Source of the DNA: an uncultured Christensenella sp.
GTDB taxonomy: Bacteria; Bacillota; Clostridia; Christensenellales; UBA1242
Reading direction: 5' to 3'
Assembly (NCBI GenBank): GCA_964579205.1
Contig: CAZOFH010000002.1
Location: 21,108 to 85,107, forward strand
DNA length: 64,000 nt
The notes below the pieces were generated by a model. The model was given only the letters and a program-made list of their open reading frames with translations. It searched no databases and was not told the origin of the DNA. Each line of letters starts with the position of its first letter. Positions within the stretch are counted from its first letter, which is position 1. This document shows positions 47,801 through 55,639 of the stretch, piece by piece. The translations under genes and the position numbers were made by a program.

Positions 47801-50800
47801 TAGGATAGTCAGCGACCTCAACCAAAGCAACCTCGCTAATGGCGAAACGCTGCATTCACCTAGCGCAAACTATGCGGGCATTCTGGCTGGTAATGGCTTT
47901 GAATTCGGCGACATCTCGCTGGCTGTCAATAGCCAAGATATCGAGGCATACGGGCTCATCGGTCGCTTGAGTCGTGTGACTGCTACGGTAGACGACACGA
48001 CTAACTACATCGGTACTATCAAAAATTACTCTGCGACAGTATCGAATATCGCCTGCTCGACCGTGACGTATGTCGGAGGCTTGGTCGGCTGGGTAGACAG
48101 TGCCAACCTCTACGATGTCGAGGTAACCAATCAATATGGTAGAGTAGTGGGCAACAATGTCGTCGGTGGTATCGCAGGATACGTCACTGGTACTAGTAGG
48201 ATACACACTGCTTTTGCCAATGTCGGTGTCACAGCCAACTACCGTGCGAATACCGAAAAAATCTACAATCACGACCTCGTGAGAGTATACGGGCTAGAGA
48301 CTGCGCGCAAGGTGAATATCGACCTCGTAGGCTACGCCGGTGGGCTATTCGGAATAATCGACCTCACGCCATTTGACCAGACGAATCCTAGTTCGTCGGA
48401 CCCATTTGAGGCGCGCGTGTACAACATTAGCAACAATTCAAATGCTAGTGTCGTCGGCAAAATTGCTGGTGGTCTCATCGGTGGTGTCGGCGAATATTCA
48501 GTGATTTATAAGGCAAAAAAGACTGTTATCACAGGAGCACTGGTCAAGGGGTACGTCTTTGCCGGTGGTATCGCTGGACAAAATAACGGCTTTATCAAAT
48601 ATGCATCAGTAGAATACACTAGCGACATTCAGGCGATAGTAGATGCTGCGCGCACTGGTGAAACAGTGGCAGATGCGTACCTAGACTACTTTAATGCGGG
48701 CACTTCACCTCTAGCGATAGGTGGTATCGTTGGGCTGAATATCGGCTCAAACAACATAAACTGGCCGGGTGGTACTATCCAACTCAGTAGTACCAAGATA
48801 GCCATTCGTGATAGCACCGCTGGCAATGCTGGTGGTATCGCGGGGGCGGTCTATGGCGGAGACTTGAGGGCGTGTCTGGCTACTGGCGGCATAGTGGCGA
48901 GCAATCGTGCTTATGTCGGCGGCATCGTCGGATACCTGTCAGACTTTAGCGCGGACAATGCGATTCTCATCGGTATGGACAATCCATTCGGCGAGGCAAA
49001 GACTTGTGGCACCACGCTAGACTACCTAGTAGGTATGAATAACTACCTCGCGTCGGATTATAATTACTATTATACCCTATATACCAACGATACCAAGGGT
49101 ATCAATGGCGCTATCGGTGGAATAGTGGGCTATGTGCTAGACCGTTCACTCATATACACTACACACACAGTAGCCAATGGCTCGGATGACCCATACGCGT
49201 ACCTTACGCATCCGTCAAACTACTTTGTGTCGCAGATTAGCAACCGTGTGCTCTCTACCGCGCTCACTACACCGCTCAATAGTGGCACTGGCTACTTTGA
49301 CTTGTACCAAGAGGATGACTTGGGCGTGATGACCTTTAGCCGAGCAGTGGGCAAATATGGCTCAGATACCACGCTAAACCTCGCTCAAGGTAAGACACGC
49401 GGCTATATGATGCAAAATCGCGCTACCATCTTTGACGGGTGGGACGAATACAGCCTAGACACTTCGTCGGGCACCCCTAGCATAGTAGAAAAGGATTTGC
49501 CTGACATTATCGAGATAAGTACTATCCAAGACCTCAGCATTATGTACTGGCACCCTGACAAAGACTATGTGCTAGTCGATGACATCGATTTTCAAGACCA
49601 TACCGCTCCTGCAGGGGAAAAGAGGATTTTGGCACCATTCTATGCTATCGGCTCTGAGAGTTCGCCATTTACAGGTAGTTTTACGAGTCGTGCAAAAGCA
49701 GACGGCTCTTTGCCAGTCATCAAGAATGTGTATATTATCAACTCTGACGCGTCGAGCATAGGCTTCTTTGGGGCGATTAGTAATGCGCACATCTCGAATA
49801 TCATTATTCAAGACATCCATTACAACACCGCGCTAAACAAAAATGTAAAAGCGTGGGTCGGCGGTCTCGCTGGTGTCGTAACTAATAGTACGGTGCAGAA
49901 TGTGTCTATCCGCATTACTGATACGGCTAACTCAGGGATTTTTACCAACGCAAATGTCGCTGGTGGAATGTTTGGGCTAGTCAGGTCGCTCAATGACGGC
50001 GAAACGCTGATTGAGGCGTGCTATGTAGAGAATAACCTAATCTTGGGTGACAATGTCTACTCAGCGGCACTGCAGACTGGTGCTGTGGCAGCATACTACG
50101 GTGGATTTGCTGGTCAAATCACAGGCGATGTGACCATTTCGGGCGCAATGGCTGTGGGCGATATGACGGTCAATTACACCGATATGACTACTACCACAAT
50201 GACTGCGCAAAACGCTAGTGAAATCGAGCATATCGTAGGAGGCTTTGCTGGGCAGATTTCGGGCGAAGATGTCACCGAATCGGCTTGTGTCAGCGCAGTA
50301 GATGTCATTCTAAATAATGTCCTGTCTCATACACGGGCAGGAGGCTTTGCGGGAGTCATTGGTGGCACAAAACTTACCAAAGTCGACTCTCATAGTAACC
50401 TAAATATCAACTTTGCCAACCTAAACGATACCAAGATTTTGTATGTCGGCGGTCTAGTCGGCGAGCAGCGCAATGCTAGCACGCTCACAGGGTTTGTATC
50501 GGCAGGCGATATCCGCCTAAACGGCACCTATGGTATTAATACACTCAATACGACCGCTACGCACCACTTTGTGGCAGGTATTGTAGGACACTTGGGCGAC
50601 TCTGCACAGGTATCTAGCGGATATTCGGTAGCGTCGATTATCAATAATACTATGTTTGCCAACCTCGATATGGGCTTTGCTTCGGGCGACATTAGCGGGG
50701 TGAGCAACACTGGCTCTGTCAAGGTGGATCGCTCATACGCACTCACCGCTGGTGATAGAGCGAATGTCGGCACTACTAGTAGTGCTGTCCAAGGCGGGGG

Positions 50801-53489
50801 TGGACTGGATATCGGCACGGGCTTGTTTGTCCGCGACGACGCACAACTAGGTTATTATCGTATCAAGAATACCGCTACGCAAAACGAGTACTTTAATACC
50901 GCTTATGCAGCGCTATATGCTATCAATACGGGTTCGGGCAAAACTGCTCCTATCCGCATTGCCAATAGCACCGACTTTGCTACCAATATGGCATCGGCTA
51001 GTGATGAGTACCAGTATTATCTACAGATTACCGACATCACTTTGGGCAATACCAACAAATTGTACGGTACTGGCACGCAGGTGAGCGAATTCATCGGTTC
51101 GTACAATGGTGGCGGCAGCAAACTCATTCTGCCTGCACACTTTGACCTAGCACACGTGAGTACGCCTAATTGCGGACTATTCGGCACGGTGACTTCGACC
51201 GCTAGCCAGCCTAGTATGATTTTGGGCGTGGTGATGACCGATGTGATGATTTATGCAAATCTGATGAGTACGGTGGAGAACTTCGGTATCATCGCGGGCG
51301 AAACTACCGCCAATACGATTATGGCTAATTGCTACATCTCGGGCGAACTCAATCTCAATGTCGGGGGTACAACCGCTATAGGTGGGCTGGTCGGTAGTAG
51401 CGGCGGAATATTCATCGGCTGCGCAACTGATATTGATGCCAACCTCGACGGTAGTAGCGCATATCGCTATGGTGCGATTTATGGCGTGGCGAACACTCAA
51501 AATTCCCACATTACGCTATTTGATGTGCAATCTGCTGGTAAAATCACAAACTCAGGTAGTCAGGCGATAGTAGCTGGTATAATAGCGGACAATTCCGCCT
51601 CGACACTATATGCAAAGAATTGCTACACAGCGACCGAGATTGCTAGTGCATCGACTACTACCGCAAATGTAGTATACGAATTGGGTACCAAGGCTCACAA
51701 TGCAGCGGGCATCTGGTACGACCCTACCAATTCGCTCGACAAGACAAAGGACGCCGTGTGGGAAATATACGACTATTCGACCAACCGCGGTCAAAACTTC
51801 GTCGGGTCGAATTATGTCGCGCGTAATGATAGGAATTATGGCTTGCCAATCCTTAAGTGGCTCAACGACTCAAATCTCGCTACCGAGACTGGGGTAGGTA
51901 CCGCTACCAATCCGTATATTATCGACACCGCCGCGCAATTCGGCTGGATGCTCGAGAATAATACGAGCAGCAGGTACTACATCCTCAATAGCGATATTGA
52001 CTATCGTCTAGTCGCTGGTATCTCGGGGTATTCGGCGGGCGCATTCGCAGGCACGCTCAATGGTAACTATCATTATATCCGCAATATCAATAGCACACTG
52101 TTTACCACTATCGGTGGCAGCGTGACCAAACTCGGCTTTGACAATGTGTCAGTCGCTGCTGATACCGCGATTTTGGCGAATTCTACCACGAGTGCGTCTA
52201 CCGTGAGCCAAATTTACGCTGCAGCAACTACAGGCAAAGTCATTGGCTCAGGGCTGATAAGTAATAGTCTGTCGAATGGTGCAACTTTTGGCGAAGACGC
52301 TACGAATTGCTTTGCTACCGTTATCACTGACGAGGTGTACAACGGGCTAGATACTACGATTTGGGCATACAATGGTCAAGGTTATACTTTGAGTGGCTTT
52401 ATTAGCGACTGCAGGACTTTGGCAAAACCTATAGGCACGATGACAGTCGGCGCGCTCTCGAGTGGCTCGAGGACGCTCACCGCGCAAAATGCTCAAGACC
52501 TATACAATGCGCTATTCTACGCGACCCATTACTCAGGTCGGTACAAAATCAACTGTACCTTCACCACCCTAGACCTAGACGGGTACGCGCTGAATGTGCC
52601 TAATTCGGTCAGCGAAATTACTGGGCTAACGACTATCCAAGACGGATATTTGAGTGCCAACGCTATGGCAAAAATCAAGAGTACTAGCCTCAGCATCCAA
52701 AACTGTGGCTTGGCTAGCGACACTACCAATCCGCTCCTAGGTGATAGTAATGCCTCAGCCATTACAGTTTCGCTTTCAAATTGTCGAGTAATAGCGAATA
52801 GGGCAGGAGGCTTGCTCTACACTAGCATCACTGCGCCATTCACTCTCAATATCACCAATACGCGAGTTTTCCTCAATAGTCAAAATGTTGACCTCGTGGC
52901 TGGCTCTCGTGCCAATGCTACTGGCACCGTCACTATCAATGTGACCAATCTCGGCATTTACGGCGGCAAAATCCGCTCTGTGATAAATACGATTGATGGC
53001 GGCACGACCGATATGACTCTCAGCAATGTGTCGGGCACTGGCAGTATAGAGAATGTGGTCTCTACCAACGCAGGCACCGTGACTATCGACCTAAACACAG
53101 GTGTGTCGCTCGACTCAAATACTAATAGTATCATCGGCACAAATAGCGACACCGCGAATATCAACGTAAATAGTGTCCTGACGGCGACTGGGCTAGAGAA
53201 TTTTGCATTCGTGCAGAATAGCAGCGGGGTGGTCAACCTAACTATTTCTGCTGCCACTAGTCTCAGCGGTACCACAATCAGCGGTGTGGTAGGTACGTAT
53301 TCATGTCAAAACGCTACTACGCCCACGATCACAGTTACCTTGAATGCGAATTATGCAATCACCGCGACGACAAGCAACGCAATCATCGGCGGCTGTGCTA
53401 ATGGCGTAACATTTGACGAAGAGACGAACCTAACCTTTACACCGAATACTTATCAACTGACGGTCAACGGCGCAGCCTTTGGCGCGTAA
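38868..53489 (+). CDS. giant (4873 aa) surface lipoprotein: Ig-like (Big_2-type) modules plus multiple GLUG-motif blocks plus beta-solenoid-like C-terminus
   Basis: Uninterrupted 14,622-nt ORF. Signal peptide plus lipobox LCFAGC. Big_2-like IEWSSDSRYVVVTPNADGTRATITGV. GLUG-type repeats such as IAGLVAINTGGISNSRV, VAGLVVDNSGTIAGSFYSGG, VGGLVGWVDSANLYDVEV, IGGIVGLNIGSNN and VGGLVGEQRNASTLTGFVSAG. T/N/S-rich C-terminal repeats. No LPXTG or C-terminal TM seen. Confidence 0.9.
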   Translation: MAMSKLRYLWCGVLILLLVCGLCFAGCGNNIDNLSIKLSASGLVESEKEGEYDLTLVKTTGQDDLSWSAVVSAEVLGISGSMSPKIEWSSDSRYVVVTPNADGTRATITGVTSTSAPTVVTAYSIENRNAEARINVTNIVTPQRITGSKYAAGELGIPLGTPFSLLPGDLFQFYPSDATVPVYEYKIDGVTVSSDEEFTLQNLTDGYATLSAAPLDKSGYTTEQLAALSYTIQSVRIYNPLTDQNTTLTMAGQEGDVSEITLIKNAKNKNKAILTVNAPSSIEYSITSENNIVFDEETNKRGVLSVTFDAKTKQFTLVGVEALDEFCDVNIHFTIAGVKNSIVLTKTFAVRIVDYPTAISVNGVAGSTDVHLRVFDQYQSGVKGTPLRLNISPDSMLFTNISIAVDTTTQAENLTLMSSLLIDNKPFTGSLDNIKSGTTMYLTNSKGYGEFDILVYAADTRGTEDEVVRRITISLEQSVTSMTVDSAVLDNATSHLILEVDEYGSGAVINTRDLTVAITPQTASFDTVTVASEDEDIVDVSITDYTDCVITVRAKKIGQTRITLLAESGVRLNISVRVVARYKTMSISLDPNMSSVMYCADLTVTKPVEGVSDVETLSRAYIAKTGSGDGVYLMSAFYPQAAITSEMVSSIEFISSDNSIASLYNTNSSFYRNVLTTERAGVVSFDIKVKYYRLVGSSLVLQEEVMNSAFTIQVFERVASLSVNESSVELLAEVQSFGVGGSKPASVYDTANNSKTLKVTVNPSNSNITANDAIWSVVGNTSKITLSTTRGSETVVSVSPLAGNSLRVTATIVVSLTDLNGVTFTQEVKIVANKIQQITDVYINNYENSLKNNSLYFELFKDDGYTLDVSVAPTTATNKKLEYIIYDAELLPAWTAGQDVIRVYAGNNKYQYYNVLPRTAGDSAYATQYQCKTADLIYNEADGTYSIKPKRAGYAFVFIIPQDVANQKVDEITEGLTPQLRNVTDRSTIKRIPITVADGESVYYQLYTADDVASIGSTDAGLTKNYYLMNTIDMSAYINKQLNKDSSWEWTPIGSLSKPFSGTVQSMVYGGESPAQSIVGWSLSRNFDSIASGSTTDYRNYGIWGVVTGEIKNINIYINNYTVSQGVFVASGTTALNNYNYGLVVGRLGTRQITVEGTEDTITQYGRLTNVTVYCSNMTYIYARAGNNQNTLVSANLGAVGMLDAGTTADSINVSINSASISSDDLIINFGGIVGKNYGIVGGSAQINNYRNSASVTASVSVTYNTPKATQSTLGGAIGLNFGEARHISAQGSLSSDSQIAILGGVVGRNYYNAEYEIVDAEGNTMQSAALISNVLSAVRISTTAAGTIVGGVVGSSVGGEISFAYYDIYTVLINGTNSSLGLSGSGYTGGIAGTIENTDISYVIVQSYYIDSDVANISNARDSNGAIGGLVGRAKGGSISHSFVNAGLKASTGVVGGILGEAQSGADSATQISDVFARGYLTAPSANSGYAFVGRYASFVSIKDAYADFENDSLDAFYQKNGTVENIYLVRSTETTTDTTNAEIKIINRTELTGKSVAELLFEVDSWAIDSSATTPINGGLPYLLYDGAPFVRMVPNNVEVSARTFETMHEGKINTVLNVGTDDKKLILAYQEDAIYTLSDLFDLSTDLSLGADSISINYSLNNTSVIQLLTTANFVTTQFKVIGTGTVCMRISSSQNARAYDVVQICVIESFDSVDILDENRDSIIENSALGNYTTLKIKHNGSTQVFAEYTFDGQKISNFSGGIKFVTGLRYDASLDALETVRDTEGAILTNYNISIQSWQAGAYGSLDVLYHYVANNDKIALVSVGNDRTTRFVTIIIPYIDVQFYALDADKNITALNSYRYEISEFGELSFETQIYYGVSDIVMGVGDGTQIQSGEKLQAGVTIFNDAYDDSMTIDDLLYYQLYRVLDGGDTEELVAYFDPTLPAAQSVLGSNDIYVNFTDITFVAETNAVIIDYNVELSQTMRKNLTKNQVYRIVIGAIDDNGEKIAKTVSLQWTFTPQQVTRMDIAHYSDAINSGAKLTQAGDTPTNTIVAGEYGLLKISISPDYANFERITLTSSEVNGSPMAFDQRVLEVTTDRTTGEEVYNYLTWQQGVGVITNGISLHRVSLANGAFDGNFYVRTICLRTLPTGTQFTVTVTITQNGQQYSFARTLTVYKTDTLSLEGENYSDILGHYIVAEGTGYVSPNTWVQNQNPLTVQIGAAYYDTEISVDSASAALGASVVRENGKYYLYTGRVSKNNLITVTLTAKQNIGGFTYRATRSITYEVVDFYIRTLRADEVMPTTKRYAFIDEKYYDFDLFIGIDATNINKLTVITFDPSNVATCQKVLDTINSLNGMGVTPYNGWLRRVVESDGRIAFAAIQPKLVADDQWIDNNYQFLTTATGYKVLSSGISTGNILRYEMLFYYDAGSFTLTDSQSDATFGMSTDNINLEFYQVTSQEHPQPIRTLNQFMSMQADIDYILLNDLTITDAWTPLNVAVKSFNGNGYSIHFDATSITPAGEDANYGLFGTIDAKSVIKNVRIVLGADGLAINDGEAALGKLNFGILAGTNNGTVYNCEVYGLNNKQAAIAMSANPASTSVSHNIAGLVAINTGGISNSRVQYTSLRAGGNVAGLVVDNSGTIAGSFYSGGTITNLSETETFATSGLVINNAYDGKITSSYVGGTYTVTDAEGNTSLDTRTAVANTRDATIQSGVTSAGFVYTNYGSIADCYSAVEIFSTKMSGFVFTNYSSGTIARCYSTSDLSGTGSIIASYPFIGANSENASTNNNLNKTNGITNCYYYDSGFANTRLEEAAPLGIDDFCGANGSTVFADYIFSRDGEAGSEFTGVWVFAQKDHLYFTPQRFVSTLQVAADASIDKLYTNFGPKLVSASLIATPRMQLVKSEENAAGEIVHTYANKYTSVFTLEENGDYFTDYSYDPIVVSNMEQFNSAFDAESDNLVVKGEGSGAIILSNIRIVSDLNQSNLANGETLHSPSANYAGILAGNGFEFGDISLAVNSQDIEAYGLIGRLSRVTATVDDTTNYIGTIKNYSATVSNIACSTVTYVGGLVGWVDSANLYDVEVTNQYGRVVGNNVVGGIAGYVTGTSRIHTAFANVGVTANYRANTEKIYNHDLVRVYGLETARKVNIDLVGYAGGLFGIIDLTPFDQTNPSSSDPFEARVYNISNNSNASVVGKIAGGLIGGVGEYSVIYKAKKTVITGALVKGYVFAGGIAGQNNGFIKYASVEYTSDIQAIVDAARTGETVADAYLDYFNAGTSPLAIGGIVGLNIGSNNINWPGGTIQLSSTKIAIRDSTAGNAGGIAGAVYGGDLRACLATGGIVASNRAYVGGIVGYLSDFSADNAILIGMDNPFGEAKTCGTTLDYLVGMNNYLASDYNYYYTLYTNDTKGINGAIGGIVGYVLDRSLIYTTHTVANGSDDPYAYLTHPSNYFVSQISNRVLSTALTTPLNSGTGYFDLYQEDDLGVMTFSRAVGKYGSDTTLNLAQGKTRGYMMQNRATIFDGWDEYSLDTSSGTPSIVEKDLPDIIEISTIQDLSIMYWHPDKDYVLVDDIDFQDHTAPAGEKRILAPFYAIGSESSPFTGSFTSRAKADGSLPVIKNVYIINSDASSIGFFGAISNAHISNIIIQDIHYNTALNKNVKAWVGGLAGVVTNSTVQNVSIRITDTANSGIFTNANVAGGMFGLVRSLNDGETLIEACYVENNLILGDNVYSAALQTGAVAAYYGGFAGQITGDVTISGAMAVGDMTVNYTDMTTTTMTAQNASEIEHIVGGFAGQISGEDVTESACVSAVDVILNNVLSHTRAGGFAGVIGGTKLTKVDSHSNLNINFANLNDTKILYVGGLVGEQRNASTLTGFVSAGDIRLNGTYGINTLNTTATHHFVAGIVGHLGDSAQVSSGYSVASIINNTMFANLDMGFASGDISGVSNTGSVKVDRSYALTAGDRANVGTTSSAVQGGGGLDIGTGLFVRDDAQLGYYRIKNTATQNEYFNTAYAALYAINTGSGKTAPIRIANSTDFATNMASASDEYQYYLQITDITLGNTNKLYGTGTQVSEFIGSYNGGGSKLILPAHFDLAHVSTPNCGLFGTVTSTASQPSMILGVVMTDVMIYANLMSTVENFGIIAGETTANTIMANCYISGELNLNVGGTTAIGGLVGSSGGIFIGCATDIDANLDGSSAYRYGAIYGVANTQNSHITLFDVQSAGKITNSGSQAIVAGIIADNSASTLYAKNCYTATEIASASTTTANVVYELGTKAHNAAGIWYDPTNSLDKTKDAVWEIYDYSTNRGQNFVGSNYVARNDRNYGLPILKWLNDSNLATETGVGTATNPYIIDTAAQFGWMLENNTSSRYYILNSDIDYRLVAGISGYSAGAFAGTLNGNYHYIRNINSTLFTTIGGSVTKLGFDNVSVAADTAILANSTTSASTVSQIYAAATTGKVIGSGLISNSLSNGATFGEDATNCFATVITDEVYNGLDTTIWAYNGQGYTLSGFISDCRTLAKPIGTMTVGALSSGSRTLTAQNAQDLYNALFYATHYSGRYKINCTFTTLDLDGYALNVPNSVSEITGLTTIQDGYLSANAMAKIKSTSLSIQNCGLASDTTNPLLGDSNASAITVSLSNCRVIANRAGGLLYTSITAPFTLNITNTRVFLNSQNVDLVAGSRANATGTVTINVTNLGIYGGKIRSVINTIDGGTTDMTLSNVSGTGSIENVVSTNAGTVTIDLNTGVSLDSNTNSIIGTNSDTANINVNSVLTATGLENFAFVQNSSGVVNLTISAATSLSGTTISGVVGTYSCQNATTPTITVTLNANYAITATTSNAIIGGCANGVTFDEETNLTFTPNTYQLTVNGAAFGA

Positions 53490-53577
53490 CCACACCGACT
53501 CTGCCTGCGTCCACTCCGTCAGAACCAACTCCATAACAAACTCAATAATACTCGAACGGAATGATACAATCTCCCCC

Positions 53578-53602
53578 AAAAGCGACCTCGCGGTCGCTTT
53601 TC
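53578..53602 (+). terminator. intrinsic terminator after giant gene (AGCGACC/GGTCGCT stem)
   Basis: AAAAGCGACC-TCGC-GGTCGCTTTT. Confidence 0.65.
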
Positions 53603-53628
53603 GGCGTTGCGGTAAATTTAGCAACAAC

Positions 53629-53681
53629 TCATTCAGAGGCAGGCATAGCCTGCCGTGGAATCTGTGAGGCATCGCCGAACC
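53629..53681 (+). repeat. intergenic repeat, copy A
   Basis: TCATTCAGAG-[GCAGGC ATA GCCTGC]-CGTGGAATCTGTGAG-N8-GAACC. Confidence 0.85.
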
Positions 53682-53763
53682 TAATACCGAAACAACTTTT
53701 ACATAGTCCAAGAGGAGGGCATCCCACGACCTACAAAATAAACGCAATAATTATCAAAACTAC

Positions 53764-53792
53764 TTGCAAAACGGGGGCAAATACGGTATAAT
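53764..53792 (+). promoter_or_regulatory. sigma-A promoter (TTGCAA-17-TATAAT) of GlyRS gene
   Basis: TTGCAA 53764-53769, TATAAT 53787-53792. Short leader, SD TAGGAGAG. Confidence 0.65.
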
Positions 53793-53832
53793 AGACACAT
53801 AAAACTTTTTCGGCAATGATTAGGAGAGAATT

Positions 53833-55239
53833 ATGAAAGAAGATTTGACAATGACCGATTTGGTCGCCCTTTGCAAAAATCGCGGCTTTGTATTCGCGAG
53901 CAGCGAGATTTACGGCGGCTTGAGCAACTCTTGGGACTACGGCCCTCTAGGTGTAGAACTCAAGAATAACCTAAAATCTGCTTGGTGGAAGCGTTTTGTG
54001 CAAGAGGAGCCCCACAATGTCGGGCTAGACAGTGCCATTATTATGAACCCCAAAGTGTGGAAGGCGAGCGGTCACCTAGACGGATTTAGCGACCCGCTCA
54101 TCGATTGCAAGCAGTGCAAGACCCGCCACAGAGCGGACAAACTCATCGAGGAGTGGCTGCACGAGCGCGAGTTGGCTGGCGAAAAAATCGAGGTAGGTAG
54201 CGTCGAGGCGATGAGTGACGAGGCTCTCGAGCAGTTTATCCGCGACCACAATATCGTCTGCCCAAATTGTGGCAAGTGCGACTTTACCCCAATTAGAAAG
54301 TTCAACCTGATGTTCAAGACTTTTATCGGTGTGACCGAGGACAATGTAAATACTGTCTACTTGCGCCCAGAGACGGCAGGGGGGATTTTCGTCAATTTCA
54401 AGAATGTCCAGCGCGCTACCCGTAGCAAAATGCCTATGGGTGTATGCCAGATTGGCAAGGCTTTTCGTAACGAAATCACTCCGGGCAACTTTATTTTCCG
54501 TATGCGCGAGTTTGAGCAAATGGAGATGGAGTTTTTCTGTCATCCGGCTACCGCGCAATCTTGGCACGAGTACTACCGCAAGGAATGTTACAACTTTTTG
54601 TTGAGTCTCGGCATCGACCCGCAGTTGTTGCGTTTGCGTGACCACAGCCCTGAGGAATTGTGCTTTTACTCTGCTGCGACTACCGATATTGAGTTCAAAT
54701 TCCCATTCGGTTGGGGCGAATTGTGGGGTATTGCCAACCGTACCAATTACGACCTAACGCAGCACCAGACCGTGAGCGGGGAGGATATGAGTTACCTCGA
54801 CCCATTCACCAACGAAAGTTATATCCCGTATGTTGTGGAGCCTAGTGTCGGGGTGGATAGGATGTTTTTGGCAGTGCTGTGCAGCGCGTACCGCGAGGAA
54901 AAACTCGCCGACGATGATACCCGTGTAGTGCTAGGGCTCGCTCCTGCTATCGCTCCTATCAAGGTGGCAGTCCTGCCGTTGAGTAAAAAACTCGAGGAGC
55001 CTGCCTACGACCTGTTTAGACGCCTGAATAGCAAATTCCGTTGCGAATACGATGTCACAGGCTCTATTGGTAAGCGTTACCGCCGCCAAGACGAAATCGG
55101 TACGCCACTCTGCGTGACCGTCGACTTTGACACCGTCGAGGATAATTGCGTTACCGTCCGCGACCGCGACACAATGACCCAAGAGCGTATCAATATCGCC
55201 GACCTCGACACCTACCTTTTCAAAAAAATTTACGGCTAA
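53833..55239 (+). CDS. glyQS: glycine--tRNA ligase (alpha2 homodimeric type)
   Basis: LCKNRGFVFASSEIYGGLSNSWDYGPLGVELKNN, class II motif 2 (FRNEITPGNFIFRMREFEQMEMEFF), C-terminal anticodon-binding domain. Confidence 0.95.
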   Translation: MKEDLTMTDLVALCKNRGFVFASSEIYGGLSNSWDYGPLGVELKNNLKSAWWKRFVQEEPHNVGLDSAIIMNPKVWKASGHLDGFSDPLIDCKQCKTRHRADKLIEEWLHERELAGEKIEVGSVEAMSDEALEQFIRDHNIVCPNCGKCDFTPIRKFNLMFKTFIGVTEDNVNTVYLRPETAGGIFVNFKNVQRATRSKMPMGVCQIGKAFRNEITPGNFIFRMREFEQMEMEFFCHPATAQSWHEYYRKECYNFLLSLGIDPQLLRLRDHSPEELCFYSAATTDIEFKFPFGWGELWGIANRTNYDLTQHQTVSGEDMSYLDPFTNESYIPYVVEPSVGVDRMFLAVLCSAYREEKLADDDTRVVLGLAPAIAPIKVAVLPLSKKLEEPAYDLFRRLNSKFRCEYDVTGSIGKRYRRQDEIGTPLCVTVDFDTVEDNCVTVRDRDTMTQERINIADLDTYLFKKIYG

Positions 55240-55279
55240 TCTGCAATTATATAGTTCAGCAATAACAAAAACAAAGAAC

Positions 55280-55306
55280 AAAGCGACCTCAATCGGTCGC
55301 TTTTTC
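55280..55306 (+). terminator. intrinsic terminator after glyQS (AGCGACC/GGTCGCT stem)
   Basis: AAAGCGACC-TCAATC-GGTCGCTTTTT. Confidence 0.7.
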
Positions 55307-55451
55307 TCTTTGCATCTTGTTGTAATTCCTAAATGCACCGCCTCCCAAAAAGAGAACGGTCATCCTGAGTGTGGCATCCTCGCGCCCTCTTGCGTGAGGG
55401 TCTCATCTGCCTTGGCAACGGCAGTGCAGACAGAGACAAATAAAATCAACA

Positions 55452-55478
55452 AAGCGACCTTTTCGGGGCGCTTTTTTC
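55452..55478 (+). terminator. second terminator-like hairpin with related stem
   Basis: AAAGCGACC-TTTTC-GGGGCGCTTTTTT (one mismatch), about 150 nt after the first. Confidence 0.5.
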
Positions 55479-55484
55479 TTTTTG

Positions 55485-55536
55485 GGTTCGCTAACTCTCA
55501 CAGATTCCACGGACACCGTTGGCGCCCTCTGAATGG
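55485..55536 (-). repeat. intergenic repeat, copy B (inverted)
   Basis: Minus strand: CATTCAGAG-[GGCGCC AACG GTGTCC]-GTGGAATCTGTGAG-N6-GAACC. The hairpin pairs only on this strand, through two G-U pairs. Confidence 0.85.
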
Positions 55537-55639
55537 CAGCGGAGTGGCGGTGCCACAATTAATTTTATTAAGGGGTTCAGGGGGTCGCAATGTGTCTTGC
55601 CGTTGTGTGTGCCTCTGCACACAAAACTCCTCCCTCTTG

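Noticed and set aside
38888-53275. Dozens of 60-218-aa antisense or alternative-frame ORFs inside the giant gene (and likewise inside clpX, the topoisomerase genes, dnaA, glyQS and helD)
   Set aside because: They are fully nested in long ORFs with clear homology or repeat architecture. They have no SDs or promoters and their composition is typical of shadow ORFs.
53479-53667. ORF-track peptides ending in ...LPWNL / ...CPWNL (53479-53667 +, 55498-55716 -) and ORF 62157-62384 (-)
   Set aside because: The shared peptide ends are just translations of the conserved CGTGGAATCTGTGAG repeat flank. These ORFs have no SD and span terminators and repeats.
53603-53832. Expected T-box riboswitch upstream of the glycyl-tRNA synthetase gene (glyQS is the textbook T-box gene in Bacillota)
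   Set aside because: No T-box sequence (AAnnnGGGTGGTACCGCG-like), no AGAGA/GNUGGUA specifier-domain motifs and no terminator/antiterminator pair are present. A consensus promoter lies only about 40 nt upstream of the ATG.
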